Shown here: in pieces, positions 46,255-59,800 of the stretch | Numbering within the stretch: position 1 is the stretch's first letter | Layout of the letters: the number at the start of each line of letters is the position of its first letter | Assembly: GCF_022539665.2 (NCBI RefSeq) | Contig: NC_081333.1 | Coordinates: forward strand, 4,898,001 to 4,962,000 | Origin: Daphnia carinata | Lineage: Eukaryota | DNA: 64,000 bases | Direction of reading: 5' to 3' | Position numbers and translations under genes: made by a program | Notes under the pieces: model-generated | What the model saw: the letters and a program-made list of their open reading frames with translations, nothing else | Databases searched by the model: none | Told to the model about the DNA's origin: nothing

Positions 46255-46540
46255 GTTCAGCTGAAGCCGGCTTTTCATGCGCAATGCATTGAACCACTAA
46301 AATTTCCTTCGCCATGTTTTAAACCATGAAAAACCCTTACTGCTATATGAAATAGTTTTAGTAGTATATCATTTCAAAAATGGCGGAACAAATTTCGAAA
46401 AGTTGTGCATTTTTCAAGAGTACTTACCTTCATTGTTTGAAATCGGAGCTGGACAGGCAGATCTAGTGGCTCCTTGGGCGTAAATTGAGGCTTTAACATA
46501 ATTTCCAGTCGGTCGTAGGGAAACTTTTCTCCAAAAGTCT
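46255..46540 (-). pseudogene. CAP/antigen-5 fragment (deleted last exon plus 3' UTR)
   Basis: TFGEKFPY-(deletion)-PTGNY...YAQGATRSACPAPISNNEG; the 3' UTR is homologous to 21480-21630. Confidence 0.8.
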
Positions 46541-47315
46541 ATGGCTGCAAGCATTCGTCAAGAACACATAAACCAGTTTCCTTTTTTTTTAAAATATATT
46601 ATTAGTATTACTATGAACGGTGTCTTGAATGTCCGAATTTGCGTTTTTTAAACCTGTTGGCTTCATTGCTATCTCATCTGCTTGTGACTGGTCCGAAACA
46701 ACAGCAACAACAACCACTTTCTCCGTCTCATCCTAGCCATCAGCCGGGAACGTTGAATTAGGGCACTATAGCCGATCTGCTTGTAAGGGCGGCTGCACAG
46801 GGTAAATTTAATATCTTCGAACAGTTATTGCTACAGCAATTAGCCTAACATGATTAATACGAATATATTTAATACATTTAAATTCAACATGAAGTCTTTG
46901 CCTTGGATTTTGCGTGATGATTATGTCTAGTTATACTGGATATATTGTTAGTGACTTTAATACTTTTGTAATAAAGAATTTTCTTAGATTTGCGGCCGTG
47001 CCGTACTGTATTGATTAGGGATCCTTGTAATTGTAACAAGAAACTGAGTGAAATTTAAAACATAATCGCAGCCTGGATACGAGCGGAATATTACCGTCAC
47101 ATCACTTGTTCTTTTTTTTTTTTTTGGGGGGGGGGTCTTGAAAAATTTCGAAAAACTTTCACTTTTCTGTCGTTTTAACCGTGCTTGAATATGCACCATA
47201 TGATAGAGGACAAAATTCCCTTTAGTGGGAATGAGAGTGTTTTGAGGGTTGCACGTGGATGATAGAAAAGTACAATTTCGGAAAAAATAAGAACCGTTAG
47301 TTAAGGCAAGAAGTG

Positions 47316-47580
47316 TGTTGGGGCGTTGGACTCCCTAGAACTAATGTTAGTCACTGGGGAATAGAATTACAGTTTATTGCATGTGGCAATAAGAGTTAAT
47401 GGGAAAATCGAGGCGACGACTCTTGGGGGACGTAACTAATACGTTGTCTCCCGAATCTATAAAAAAACCCCGAAGTCCAAGCCCGAAGTCAGTTAGTAAC
47501 CAAGATCTTCTTGAAGTGTTTGTAAGTCTACTTATTCATTTGTGTCAGTGAAATAAAGTCCTTAAACTACGGTCACAACA
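47316..47580 (+). mobile_element. Solo LTR (family B), 265 bp, Copia- or BEL-type
   Basis: TGTTG...CAACA termini; perfect 5-bp TSD AAGTG (47311-47315, 47581-47585); internal TATAAAA (~47458) and AATAAA (~47552). Confidence 0.88.
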
Positions 47581-49381
47581 AAGTGTTTGAAAATTTCTGT
47601 TTATGCAATCGTTGAATACGGCTATTTATATTAGGATGAGCTTATACCTGTTTTCAGGAGTTTGGAATTGAAATCATGCTCAAAGAGCATGACTTCATCA
47701 TAACTAAAAATTTCATTATGCTACATATTATTATTGTTGAAGGCTTTTGTTTATGAGTTACAAAGCTGCAGTGCGATAGTGGAAAAACGGTCTGAGCGCA
47801 ACGAAATATTTCGATACAATAGGGGGAAAAGGCCCTTAGTGCAACAAAAGCTTTTGTTGCAATAGATTTCACTAGAACTGCAGTCCGTTTTCGTATGGAG
47901 ATTTATTGACAACCCGGCGCTACTGAAGACTAGCAGACGTACCTAATCGCATCACAGCTCTTAAACAAATATATTATTTTTTGTTCAACTATGACGAAAT
48001 CACTTTCTGTTTAGGCAATAGACGTCTGGATAGATAAACGTGACGGAGAATTTCAAACAAGTTCTTAGCATAATTTCATACTGCTCTATGATCGTAGGTA
48101 AATTTGGTTAATGTTTAAATTAGGGTTATCGTTAGCATTGGCATATTTCCATTTTTTTTAGAAAGAAAGGTGTCTAAACGAGTATGCCGTCTTGTCCTTT
48201 GATATGTCAGCCAAAGCCTTTTTAAAAGGGTCGTTTGACATCATTTGATCATTTCAGCACTAAGAAACACATAAACAGTAAACTTAAAAGTGGCCATGAT
48301 CTTGCTTGGCATAAATTTTGATTTCCATTTACCACTTGAACGGCAGTCTTTAAATGAAAACTGGAATGCACATACATTTGCATGCGCAACAAAAAATGCA
48401 AGAAGAAATGTGCAAGAAAAATCGAGATGGCTGAATTTATCGGAAAGAAACACACAAAAGAACGATAGGTCTACTAGAAATGGGTTAGAACTAGCCAATT
48501 TAGCTACCAACTAACGAGATGGACAGCAAGAAAAATATAAATAAATAATAAAGAAAGAAAAACAAAGAAAAGCAAGACAAATAGCATGGTGTTGTCAACG
48601 AACGTTTAATATTCAACGTATAACTCGTCTTTCCCACCGAACAAGGTTATCTGCATTACATGTTTTATTCATCCATATCGTCTCCAATGGCGGCTTGGTG
48701 CAGAACTCGTTACGCGACGAAGTAGAAGGTTGGGCTAGTAACGGGCAAAAAAGAAGGTGACAATTTAAGAGGAGGGAGAAAGAAAGTAAACGAAAAAAAG
48801 GGAAAATGGAAAACAGAAACAAACCAGTTTTAGTCCTTATCAAAGAAGACAAATAATAGGAAGAAAAGAATAGGTGTTGAACAAGCTCACGTACGACAGG
48901 GCACAAGGTCCAATTCATCACGTCAACCGAAACATGTCGCATTGGTCTACCTTATCGGTCAGTTGGAGGTCCTCTTATTTCATGCGGTCAAACCAAACTC
49001 GATCAAATATATCTGTCGAATGCCTTGTATTCATAGCTATTCTATATATGCAAATGCAGACAGCCAGCAAAGGATAACCATCTGGAGGTATGGCCAGCCA
49101 ACAAGTCCAGTTCGTTTTGAACTGTGTATGTGACTGCTGCCTGTGGACATATTCAATACAATGGCTTCTTACCTCTCAGATTTTTAATCAATCATTAATC
49201 ACCAAAGCTAGGTTTTGTCACCGTATGCACGACTATAACTTTACAGCAACAGAGCGATCGTTAGTTTTCAATGCTACCAGATTAGCGCGATTAATTATAT
49301 AGCGCAGAAATGATACGGGCCTTTAATAGCTACAGGTATATGTACGAAATATCGACTGCTCTTCGTATGGAAAATTCAGCG

Positions 49382-50033
49382 GCTTACTTGATGTGAATGA
49401 GCGTACGTTTATGTTGCTCGCAATGAAAAATTATTTTTTAAATGTTTCTTATAGGGAGGATTTCGTTAGCAATCAACATTTGAAATTTTGGAATTATTGA
49501 TGTATTTCTTGTAATATTTCTGGTATCTACCCTGAGATTTCGACCCAATTTTGACAATACTTAAAGGACGATATTGTGACGGGCACTACGATAATTCACT
49601 AGGTTGTTGTTTAAGCGAATGACTCTACTGCTAACTGCACTCAGTGCATTGACTGCCACACTCAACACTTCAAATACAACTGTCCACTGAGAGCCCCGTG
49701 TCACTCGTAGGCTCTCCTGTTTAAAGGAAAACGTTGTTACCCGCCATGGGTGACGCGGGAAGTAGAAAGAAGATGGTCACGTAGATAACCTCTACGTGAC
49801 CATTCGATTGGAAAACGTATAGAAAGGGGTAAGCTATTCCGGTAAGATACTCAAGTAGATAATTCTACTGGTCCATACGGTAGTGAAAGCGTAGAAAAGG
49901 GTTGGGGGCTGATGCACGAGGCGTCCTAAATCCGTATATGTCCTCAGACTCCACATATCAATCGTTAACACGTGGATGTCCTCCGAATCCACGTCACAAT
50001 AAAAGACTTCCGAAGCTGTAATGGATAAAAAAA
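49382..50033 (-). repeat. Left arm of a ~650-bp inverted duplication (partner 55806-56418); contains solo LTR family C at 49575-49998
   Basis: Reverse complement of 55806-56418 at high identity. Embedded element has TGTGACG...CGTCACA termini flanked by ATAT/ATAA. Confidence 0.9.
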
Positions 50034-51729
50034 CCGGAAACCAAAATACTGAATTCGGTGGTGGATAAAACGAAAAGATCTATAGATAGTAAATTTTCGT
50101 TCAGCTAGTGTGGTAGTATTTGACCTGACCGGAACACAACATATCGGTACTATTGATTAATGTGTCATTGGCGAGTTTGTTGCCCTCGTTTAAGAAAAAT
50201 CTTAATAGTAAGCTTATCTCCCACAACTCCATACTCCCTTCATTATTGATTCTCATATTCTTTTATTTTGTTTAGGTATATTCGTTGTTTGCCCCAAAAT
50301 AGGGGCATCTTAGAAATTTGTTTTTTTCCGTAATTAAAATGGCACATTAAGAAAAATGAATCGTGTGTTTAGAAAGAAGAATGAATGTTTCATTTAAATT
50401 ATATTTTTTGAAATTTTAAAATAATTTCGCAAACCTCCAGTTGCAGAATTGTAAATAAGTAGGCAAAACTATTTTAAACCGAAAAACTTCTTTTATTTTT
50501 TAATTACGCATCATCTGGGCGGGTTTTTCTTTTAAAAGTTGTGGGTTTATGCTGTTAAAAGCAAATTATTTTTCCAGGAATTCAATTTTATTGCTGGTCG
50601 CGAAAAAATGGATTAACCAACATACACCTGTGCCTACTAGCCACACTTTCCCCTTGTTCCTTTATCACAGTTTTCTTCTTTTCGAATTTCGAACACAGCC
50701 GCCAAAACGCCATCTCTGGAGCTAAACATGCGTAGCGCAGTTGCTTTGAAACATGGACTGCTTCTGATGTACTATGCTATTTATGGTACTTGTAACTTTG
50801 AGCCTTTCCAGAGCCGGGGAATACGTAGCACTAACATATTTTTAATGCCCTTATTTGTCATTTTTTTTTGTTTGTCAACCCCTTAGTCTTAAATCGAAAC
50901 ACTCTCTATCTGTGCCCGTCTACCCGCCCATTGCCTCTATCCGCCAAAATGCCGCTGTAGTTGCCCGCTAGTATTCCGCAGTAAGCCCTCAGTAAATTCC
51001 GAGAGCTCCACGGTTGGGGAATTGACCAACGGAGTTCCGCAACAGCGTTTTATACTGTTGCGCGACTTAACCCTGTCCGGGACTGAGTATGTCCGTATTT
51101 TTCTAGAAGTGGGTGCAGCGTGAATCATCCCTGTGAAGAGCTAATCACTCTTCTTTTTCCCCGCGACAATAATAATAACCTTAATCTTAATCACTATTTT
51201 ATAATAAAATGAAATAACAATCTTTTTTTTAATTTTTTATATTTTGTTCAGGCCAAATTACACAAACAATATTCTTATTGAATTGTAGTCGAAAGTAGAA
51301 AAAGGTTAAGTTGTAAGAGGTGCAGACGAGATTGACTCAGATTTTTCCTCTATCGGTTGGATAGGAATCTTCCTCCGGAAGGTTTTGCAATTGACTTTAG
51401 AACTCTCAGTTTACCATTTGTATCTTGCAGTGAATAGAAAGATGAGATTTTGTCCTTCATTCCGTTGAACTGCATGTCAAGTGACGATAACTCCTGTGAT
51501 TCTTCTTCATCGTATAAGTCTGCGACGCATTTGCCATGTTTGGTATATTCTCTAGAACATCAGAGCAACCTCAATCAGAATACTGCCGCTTCAATCCAAC
51601 GAACCAGATCAACGTACAAGAAAAATAAGCAGCGGCCCGAGGAAAAAGCAAGTGGCACGGATAAGAAGATTCAAATCCAAACTTTAAGCCGGGTGGGAAG
51701 AGCCCCAACATTCAACTAACCTCAGAGGG

Positions 51730-54700
51730 TTGCTGGAACTGCGGGGCAAAAATAAGGAATCCAAAAGAAGAATGCCCCGCACGTCGGTCATAGTTACCAT
51801 CTCACCTCGTCGTGGACCGACTATCAGCAAAACCGTCCCTTTTTTGCCTGACACCGGAGCCGAAATTGACGCTATTCCGTCCTCCGCATACCGAAAACTT
51901 TTTCCTAAGGTGAAACTGCGACACGCTGCAGCACCCGAGACAGCGGTTAGCACAGTCATCATCAATTCCTGGCCACCCTCGACTGGATGGCTGATGATGA
52001 AGTAAGGCGACCCGTCACAACCGCCATACACGTTCTACACGACCTGAGGCAACCGGTCCTCTCGAAACGGACCCAAATGGCTATGGGGATGTTACCTCCC
52101 GGATACCCGCATGGCTGAGGTAGTCAAGTAAAAACAAATAAAAAAGTAACGTTCGGGAATGACATACCTACTGCGACACCTTCCTCACCGCCTATTGCAC
52201 CTATACCGCCCACACCAACGGTCGACGTCGAGCAAATTTTTTCTAGATTGCTCTCTTCCAACGTAGCGCCAGCCATGTCTATGGTTAGCAACAATTCAAC
52301 AACCGTGACAGGCAATGAAAGGGATCTGCAGAAATTAATGGATGTCTTCCCAACCATATTAGACGGCGTCTGCCGGCCCATGAGTGGCCCACCATGTCAC
52401 TTCGAGTTAAAAGACAATGTCCAGCCAACTGCAATCCGTGGTTCTCGACCTGTCGCCGTGCCGCTAATGACTCGTTTAAAGAATGAACTGGACTCATTAG
52501 AACAGCAGAACATAATCAAGAAAGTCACCTACCCAACGAGATGGATTCATCCCATTGTCCCAGTCATGAAGCCGGATGGAAACATCAGCCTTTGTGTAGA
52601 CTTCGTGAATCTAAACAAGTGCATTATCCGCCCGTGATTTGAGACCGTGACACCGTTCCAAGCGCTCCGTACAATCCCAACTGGAATGAAATTTTCACTG
52701 TGGTGGACGCGTTGAAAGGCTACCACCAAGTGTTACTGGACGAGGAGTCGACCGAACTCACGACCTTTTCCACCTCATTTGGCCGGTACCAATACCTACA
52801 GTTACCATTCGGCTTGACCCATGTAGGTGATGACTACAGCCGCCGTGTGTCAGACGTTTTTGACGACATCCCGAATAGCCATCGGGTCGTTGAAGACATC
52901 CTTATATTTTTTTCCGCCACTTACGAAGAGCACCGAGAACTGGTGCGCTCATTATTCGCTCTCGCGACTGAGCACACAGTGGCACTGAATAAGAAATAAC
53001 TAATATTCGCCCAGCCTTTGGTAAAGTTTGGCGGATATATAGTTGATGGTAGTAGATTCCAAACTGATCCCGAGCTGACGACATTTATTAGAGAATTTCC
53101 AAAACCAGGAAACGTCACCGATTTGAGATCATTTTTCGGACTCTGGCAACAAATTGGCAACTTTTCTGACAAAATAGCCACCTCACTAGCCCCTCTCTCA
53201 CCACTACTAAAAAAGTGTTTTCAATGGGAATGGACTACGATCCATGACCAAGCTTTCAACGAGGCAAGATCCGCTCTCTCGGTCATCCCTAACCCACATT
53301 TTTACGATCCCTCACGTCCAACAGCACTGCATGTTGACGCATCCCGTCTCAAGGGCCTTGGATTCGTCCTGAAACAACGAGGAGCCGACGGCAGCTGGAA
53401 GATGGTGCAAGCTAGAGCGCGATTTTTATTAGACACGGAAACCCGATACGCAATGATCGAGCTTGAATGCTTGGGCCATGGAGAAATGCAGGCAATTCCT
53501 TGAAAGCCTGCCAACGTTTGAGCTAGTGACCGACCACCAACCCCCTGTCCCCATCCTGAACGAGTACAGCTTGGACAAACTGGATAATCCACGCCTGTTG
53601 CGTCTCCGTCCCAAAATGGAACGATACGACATCCGAACCAGATGGATCCCTGGATTCTGATGCGCTCAGCCGGGCACCAGTCGGCAGAGCCGCAACATCT
53701 GATGTAATCGCTGAAGGCATTTCATCAAACTCCGTTCGCCTTGCCATTATTAACACAATCTGTGGTGCAGACACCACGATCCTGGACCCAATACTCGAAC
53801 GAGCTAAAAAAATTGCAGCATCAGACCGAACTCACACAGAGTTACGCAAAACCATCATGTGAGGTTTTCCGCCTAACAAATACAACCTTCCACCCTCCCT
53901 TAGGCCCTACTGGTTCGTACGCGATCGACTAGCTATCGACGACACCGACGGCATGATCGTTGTCCGATCACGCATAGTCATCCCTAAAGCCATCCGTCAG
54001 GATATACTTAAAGACATCCTCCGTATGCATCAAGGAGCTACTAGGCTCCGTTAACGCACCCGACTATCCGTCTAATGGCCGCAAATGGATGTAGACATAG
54101 AGAACGCGGCAAAAATTTGTGATGAATGTACGGCTCATCTGCCGTCTCACCCCCTGAACCGCTTCGCCCGAACGAACCCGCGCAGCGCCCTTTTGAGCAG
54201 ATTCACGCTGATCTGGCTTCCGTCAGGGGCAGACGATTTTTAATACTCATCGACCAGTTCAGTGGATGGCCACATGTCGTCGCATTTCCCAACAGCAACA
54301 CTTCCGCCCGCAAAGTCATTGACGCTGTACGCACATTCTTCTCGAATGTATGAGCGTCCGTAAAGTTTTGGTCGGAAAATGGACCACAGTTTGCTGCAGT
54401 AGAATTCACAACTTTTCTCTCCGACTGGGGCAAATCAGCTGGAACGTCATCGCCGCACTATCTCTAATCTAATGGAATCGCCGAAGCAGGCATCAAATCA
54501 ATGAAAAAATTAATCGCAGGATCATGGATAGTTGGATGTTTTGACGAAGACAAGTTCACCAAAGCCATCCTTCTCTTCAGAAATGCTCTCCGCTCTGAGC
54601 GTTATCTCCAGCCCAGCTCATCTTCCAACGTCAAGTTCGAGATTGCCTATCAGCTCACCGCCGTTCTTTCGCCCCAGAATGGCAACGTGCATCTGACGTG

Positions 54701-55370
54701 CTGGGAAAGAGAGCACGCCGCGCATCAGACCTCCGCACGGAAAACTACAATCGAAAAGCCCATCCCTTACCGTCATTAGCTGTAGGAAATCATGTCCTCA
54801 TCCAACATCTGATCACTAAGCGCTGGGAAACCGCTGGTGTGGTGGTGGAGGTGGGTCAACATCGGAACTACCTTATTAAGACACCAGCTGGTCGCATTTT
54901 CCGTCGAAACCGTCGTTTCCTTTGCTCCCGAATCCCTGTAATGCCTGGCGGACCGCCGCCAAGGCCCATTCCGACAAGCCCTCGCCCCGAACAACTGATA
55001 GCCGAAGTCCCTGTTTCTGATCAGCCCGAGACCCCGAGACGCGCACGCCGATGGGCAAAACCATAACTGAAGTATCCAGCCCACAACTGGACAAAACCAC
55101 ACAGCAGTGTCAAGAATAATGTTGTTATTTGATTGTTCCCTCGAACCCTGTGTTTCTCAAGCCGAAATGCATTTACAAAGAAAAAATAAGGCATGGAATG
55201 ACGTTGCAGAAACGTCTATCCCTTCTTGTGTTGCCCTACGGCACCATCTCCAGATTGCAGGCCAGTTGACCCCAACGCGTCGTATTGTACAGTTGTGTGC
55301 GCGTCTCAAGCACGGAAGTAAAATACAAAGAGTTGATAAATCGAACCGACTACAAGTCGTAACACCATGG
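51730..55370 (+). mobile_element. Degenerate Ty3/Gypsy element (pol remnant, K02A2.6-like) with a probable 3' LTR remnant
   Basis: LPDTGAEIDAI (protease); WIHPIVPVMKPDGNISLCVDFVNLNK, DALKGYHQ, LPFGL, VVEDILI (RT); LHVDASRLKGLG, YAMIELECL, TDHQP (RNase H); RPFEQIHADL, IDQFSGWP (integrase); GRIFRRNRRFL. Many stops and frameshifts. Confidence 0.9.
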
Positions 55371-55375
55371 ATGTA

Positions 55376-55798
55376 CTATTTTTCTTCAACACCCAATTTA
55401 AGCGCGTTAATGTCATAAAGGATATCCGAGAAAACATGCAACATATCTGTTTTCTCAGCAGGGCCCGCTTCAGGCGATTTATCAGTAACACTAGAGAGCA
55501 TATTATTCATTTTTGATCTCTGATCAAGGTCTGTTTCCAATCCATTGAGGTCATGAAGTATTTTCGAGAACACCTTCATCATGTCGGTTTTCATAAGTAA
55601 ACCTACATCTGGTGTGTTTTCTTCACGGGTAACACTGGAGAGCACGTAGGTCATTTCTGATTTGTGTTTAACGTCCAACTCAAGTGCTTTAATGCCATGA
55701 AGGATATTCGAGAAAACATTAAGAATGTCTTGTTTCTCGGCAGGGTCCGCTTCAGGTGATTTTTTTTCGTCAGTAACACTGGAGAGAAATTTTACCAT
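55376..55798 (-). CDS. Unknown ORF made of three ~48-aa tandem repeats; probably a disrupted gene
   Basis: LSSVTDEKKSPEADPAEKQDILNVFSNILHGIKALELDVKHKSEM / LSSVTREENTPDVGLLMKTDMMKVFSKILHDLNGLETDLDQRSKM / LSSVTDKSPEAGPAEKTDMLHVFSDILYDINALKLGVEEK. Confidence 0.55.
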   Translation of the reverse strand: MVKFLSSVTDEKKSPEADPAEKQDILNVFSNILHGIKALELDVKHKSEMTYVLSSVTREENTPDVGLLMKTDMMKVFSKILHDLNGLETDLDQRSKMNNMLSSVTDKSPEAGPAEKTDMLHVFSDILYDINALKLGVEEK

Positions 55799-55805
55799 TT
55801 TTGAT

Positions 55806-56418
55806 TTTTTTTATCCATTACAGTTTCGGAAGTCTTTTATTGTGACGTGGATTCGGAGGACATCCACGGATCAAGGACGCCTCGTGCATCAGCCCCCAAC
55901 CCTTTTCTCCGCTTTCACTACTGTATGGTCCAGTAGAATTTTACTTGAGTATCTTACCGGAATAGCTTACACCTTTCTATGCGTTTTCCAATCGAACGGT
56001 CACGTAGAGGTTATCTACGTGACCATCTTCTTTCTACTTCCCGCGTCACCCATGGCGGGTAACGACGTTTTCCTTTAAACAGGAGAGCCTACGAGTGACA
56101 CGGGGCTCTCAGTTGACAGTTGTATTTAGAGTGTTTAGTGTGGCAGCCAATGCACTGAGTGCAGTTAGCAGGAGAGTCATTCGCTTAAACAACTACCTAG
56201 TGAATTATCGTAGTGCCCGTCACAATATCGTCCTTTAAGTATTGTCAAAATTGGGTCGAAATCTCAGGGTAGATACCAGAAATATTACAAGATATCAATC
56301 AATCATTCCAAAATTTCAAATGTTGATTGCTAACGAAATCCTCCCTATAAGAAACATTTAAAAAAATAATTTTTCATTGCGAGCAACATAAACGTACGCT
56401 CATTCACATCAAGTAAGC
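55806..56418 (+). repeat. Right arm of the inverted duplication; contains solo LTR family C at 55841-56224 (40 bp shorter than the left copy)
   Basis: Reverse complement of 49382-50033, including the same LTR flanks. Confidence 0.9.
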
Positions 56419-56864
56419 GCAACACTGGAGAGTACGTGGGGAATTGCTTCTCCTATAGTCTCCAACATTACGAAGAACACCACTAAACATCTGACTGCAA
56501 AAACTCTTGACACTGCCAAGTAGCATGTTGAAAACTTGAAACCATTTTCAATTTTTGAGTTTGATCAGAATGAGATTGCTTTCGATCATACGCGTTTATC
56601 ATGAAATGCACCGCCGATGTGAACCCCGTAAGTGTAAAATCTTGAGGTATTCTTGCATTTTTCCCAAAACATCAATACTATTGCGGAGGCTTTGTGGGTC
56701 TCCGCCAATCTTGGTAAGATTGTGCTTTGCAAGTGTACAGGGACGTGAGGCTAAGACGAAGTTTAGACGGAATTGAGTAATTGGACTTTCGTGTATTTTC
56801 AAAGTGATTACAGTATACTGCCTGTCTGCTTGATTTGCTAGGTGAGGTCGCTTCTATCATAGGT

Positions 56865-59800
56865 GACAATCACTACGGGGTAATGCCAGGAGGCTGGGGA
56901 GGCACTTCCTCACTAGGCGACGTAGACGCATCCGAAACATCGCCGGCCCCGTTTCGGGACGAAACATCGTAGGATGCGTTTTCGAAGATGCAAAGTTTTG
57001 CAACAGGTCTGTCGAATTCGCTGGTTCGTGTTCGAATACGACGGATCTGACGACTCCGTCGGGTCCTGCATAGGTGTGTATAACTTTGCCGGATAGCCAT
57101 TCACCACAGGGAGACGGTGGGTCGGCTATGAGGACATAATCTCCTATCGCTAAGTTGTGACGTTCTCGTTGCCACTTGTGTCGCTCTATCAAATCAGGGA
57201 GATATTCGCGGAGCCATCGGTGCCAAAAGTGGCTCGCGATTGTCTGACTGCGGTGCCAGGTCTTGATGGACGCCACTGGGCGTGTGGCTTGGTAGTCTGG
57301 TACAGGCTCAATGTTTGCGCGTCCAAACAAAAATGATTGGGAGTAAGGGGCGCTGGCTCGCGAGGGTCAATAGCCACATAAGTTAAGGGACGACCGTTAA
57401 GCAGGTTTTCTACGGCAACGAAGGCTGAAAACAGAGAGTCGTCGGTGAAAGTTTGTCCATTCAAGACGTGTGAGAGTGCCTTTTTCGTGGATTGAATGAG
57501 CCTTTCCCATGAGCCGCCGAAATGTGGAGCAGCAGGTGGATTAAAGTTCAATTTGATTGATCGTCTAGCAAGACGGTCTGCAACAGCTTTCGTGTTTAGG
57601 CTTTGTAATGCCACTTGTAGTTCTCGGCTGCCGGACGTGAGATTGGTGCCATTATCGGATTGTATTTCACTACGGCAGCCACGACGATTGGCGAAGCGCC
57701 AAAAGGAGAGCAGAATCGACTCCGTGTTCAATGCACAGGCCATTTCGATATGCACGGCACGGGTTATCATGCACGTGAATAATACGCCGTAGCGTTTCTC
57801 ACATTTCCGACGAATTACTACGTCATAGGGTCCGAAAAAGTCTATGTCCGTTAATGTGAAAGGCGGCAAGTGCGATTGTAGTCGATTTGCGGGAAGAGCA
57901 GCCATTAGAGGAATCTGTGGACTAGCGAGATTGTGGCGACAGATGAGGCACTTGGAAAGCACTCGTTGAACGGTGTGCCGAAACCGGAGAATATAATATT
58001 CGGAGCGTAGCGCGGCTATCGTGTGTTCGATTCGTTTGTGTTGGATGCGATTGTGGGCCTCGGTGATGACTAGTTGGGTGACGGAGCTGTCGTAGTGAAG
58101 AATGACTGGATGTTTGAGGAATTCTGCGAAGTCACCTCGTTCGAGTCGGCCACGAACGCGAAGAATGCCCTCGTTGTCAGTAAATGGGGAGACGTTGTTC
58201 AGCTTGGATGACGGTGGGAGCGTCTTCCCGTTCTTCAGGTGAACTAGTTCAGTTGCGAAATAGTGGCCCTGGTCAAGACGTAGAGCCATCGTTTTTGCGT
58301 CAAGGATTTCTGAGACGGTTAGGTACCGTAAATATTGGTAACGCGGACGCGAAAGCATATCATGAGCCGTAGCTGATGTTTGCGATGATAGACTTGACTG
58401 TTCTGCGGTTCTAGTGACGAACTGACGGGAAAATCGCGTGAGCCACCCGATGACGTGGAGGTAACAATTCCAGGAAGGGGCGCGCTGCGAAAATTGAAAC
58501 AATTTGTTGGTTGGGTTCACGAGGATGAGTGCGGCCCATCTAATAGGTGCAACTTCAGGATCCAGTTCAGACGGTTCCGGGAGTCCCGGAGTGGTTGGCC
58601 ATGCAGAAGGGTGATGGCGCAAGAATGATGGCCCCGTGAACCACCGATCAGTTGCCGATAGAGATTCGGGTGGAATTCCCCTATATGCGTCGTCAGCGGG
58701 ATTTAATTCGCCTGGAACGTGACGGCATTGGCGAGGCGCTGAGAAATCTAGTATTTCAGTGATGCGATGAGCGACAAATGCATGATATCTACATGATGTT
58801 GAGTGTATCCAGCGCAAGACGGTAATGGAATCAGTCCAGTAAGTGATTTCAGTCTCCGCACCCAGTCCCAGTTCTTCTTGGACTGAGGCTGCAGGTGAAC
58901 AGCGGTGATGGCTCCTTTCAGCTGAAGTCGAGGCGTTGATTGTTGACGGAGCGGTGCAACTTTTGCCTTGCCGATGATTAATCTTGTAGATACATAGTCA
59001 TTGAGATGAACGGCCCTATAGTACACTGCTGAGCCGTTTGCCAGATCGGAAGCGTCGCAGAAAACATGCAGAGACATAGAAATTGGGCTTGCCGAGACAC
59101 GTAGACAGCGAGGGACCTGCAGACGTTGCAGCTGAGGAATGTTTTCAGTCCATTTGGCTCATCTTGATTTGAGCATTGGTGGAAGTTCATCGTCCCATGT
59201 GAGTTGCGCTCGCCAGCAGTCTTGGAACAAAATTCGAGCAGTGAAGATTACGACTGCCAAGAAACCGAGAGGGTCATAAATGGCAGCGGTGGTTTTTAGT
59301 ACGTGACGCATTGTAGGACGTTGCAAGGCGTTGACATTTACTTTGAAGATGAATGATTCGATTTCCCAGTTTAGAAGAAGACCGAGAGTGCCTTCCGTTG
59401 GTAAGTGATCGTAATAGACATGTTTTGTTAAGTCCGTGACGTTGAATGCGGTGAGCAGCTTGCCAGAGTTGGACATGATTTGGCAGAGGTGAAAGCCCCC
59501 ACGAGCGCAGAGGTATTTGGATTGCGTGACGTAGCTGCATAATATATTCTCGTTGTCGTGGGAGGTAAGTACTTTGTCAACGAACGTATTTTTTGTAATG
59601 ATCTCCCTAGCGTCTGGATACTCCTCTCCGAAGTCGCTCGCCGTTCTCTTTAAAGCGTAAATGCATGTAGTTGGGGACGAGACCGCACCGAATACATGTC
59701 TTGCCATTTGATAGGTCTTGATTGAATCCCTGGAACCGGGTCTTCGGTAGACGACACGTAGCGCCGATTGATCTTGTTCTTGGTCAGCAACTTGGTGGTA

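Noticed and set aside
47600..49350. Short ORFs in AT-rich spacer DNA (also 18.0-19.3 kb and 39.1-40.2 kb)
   Set aside because: No recognisable motifs or consistent exon structure.
50870..51170. Further solo LTR (TGTCGCGG start on the - strand; hairpin CGCAACAG...CTGTTGCG)
   Set aside because: No matching second terminus or TSD found.
49382..56418. One large TIR transposon (Polinton- or Mutator-like) defined by the inverted arms
   Set aside because: No TSD, no AG/GG-type termini and no polB, capsid or transposase inside; the arms are composites of host-like sequence plus a solo LTR.
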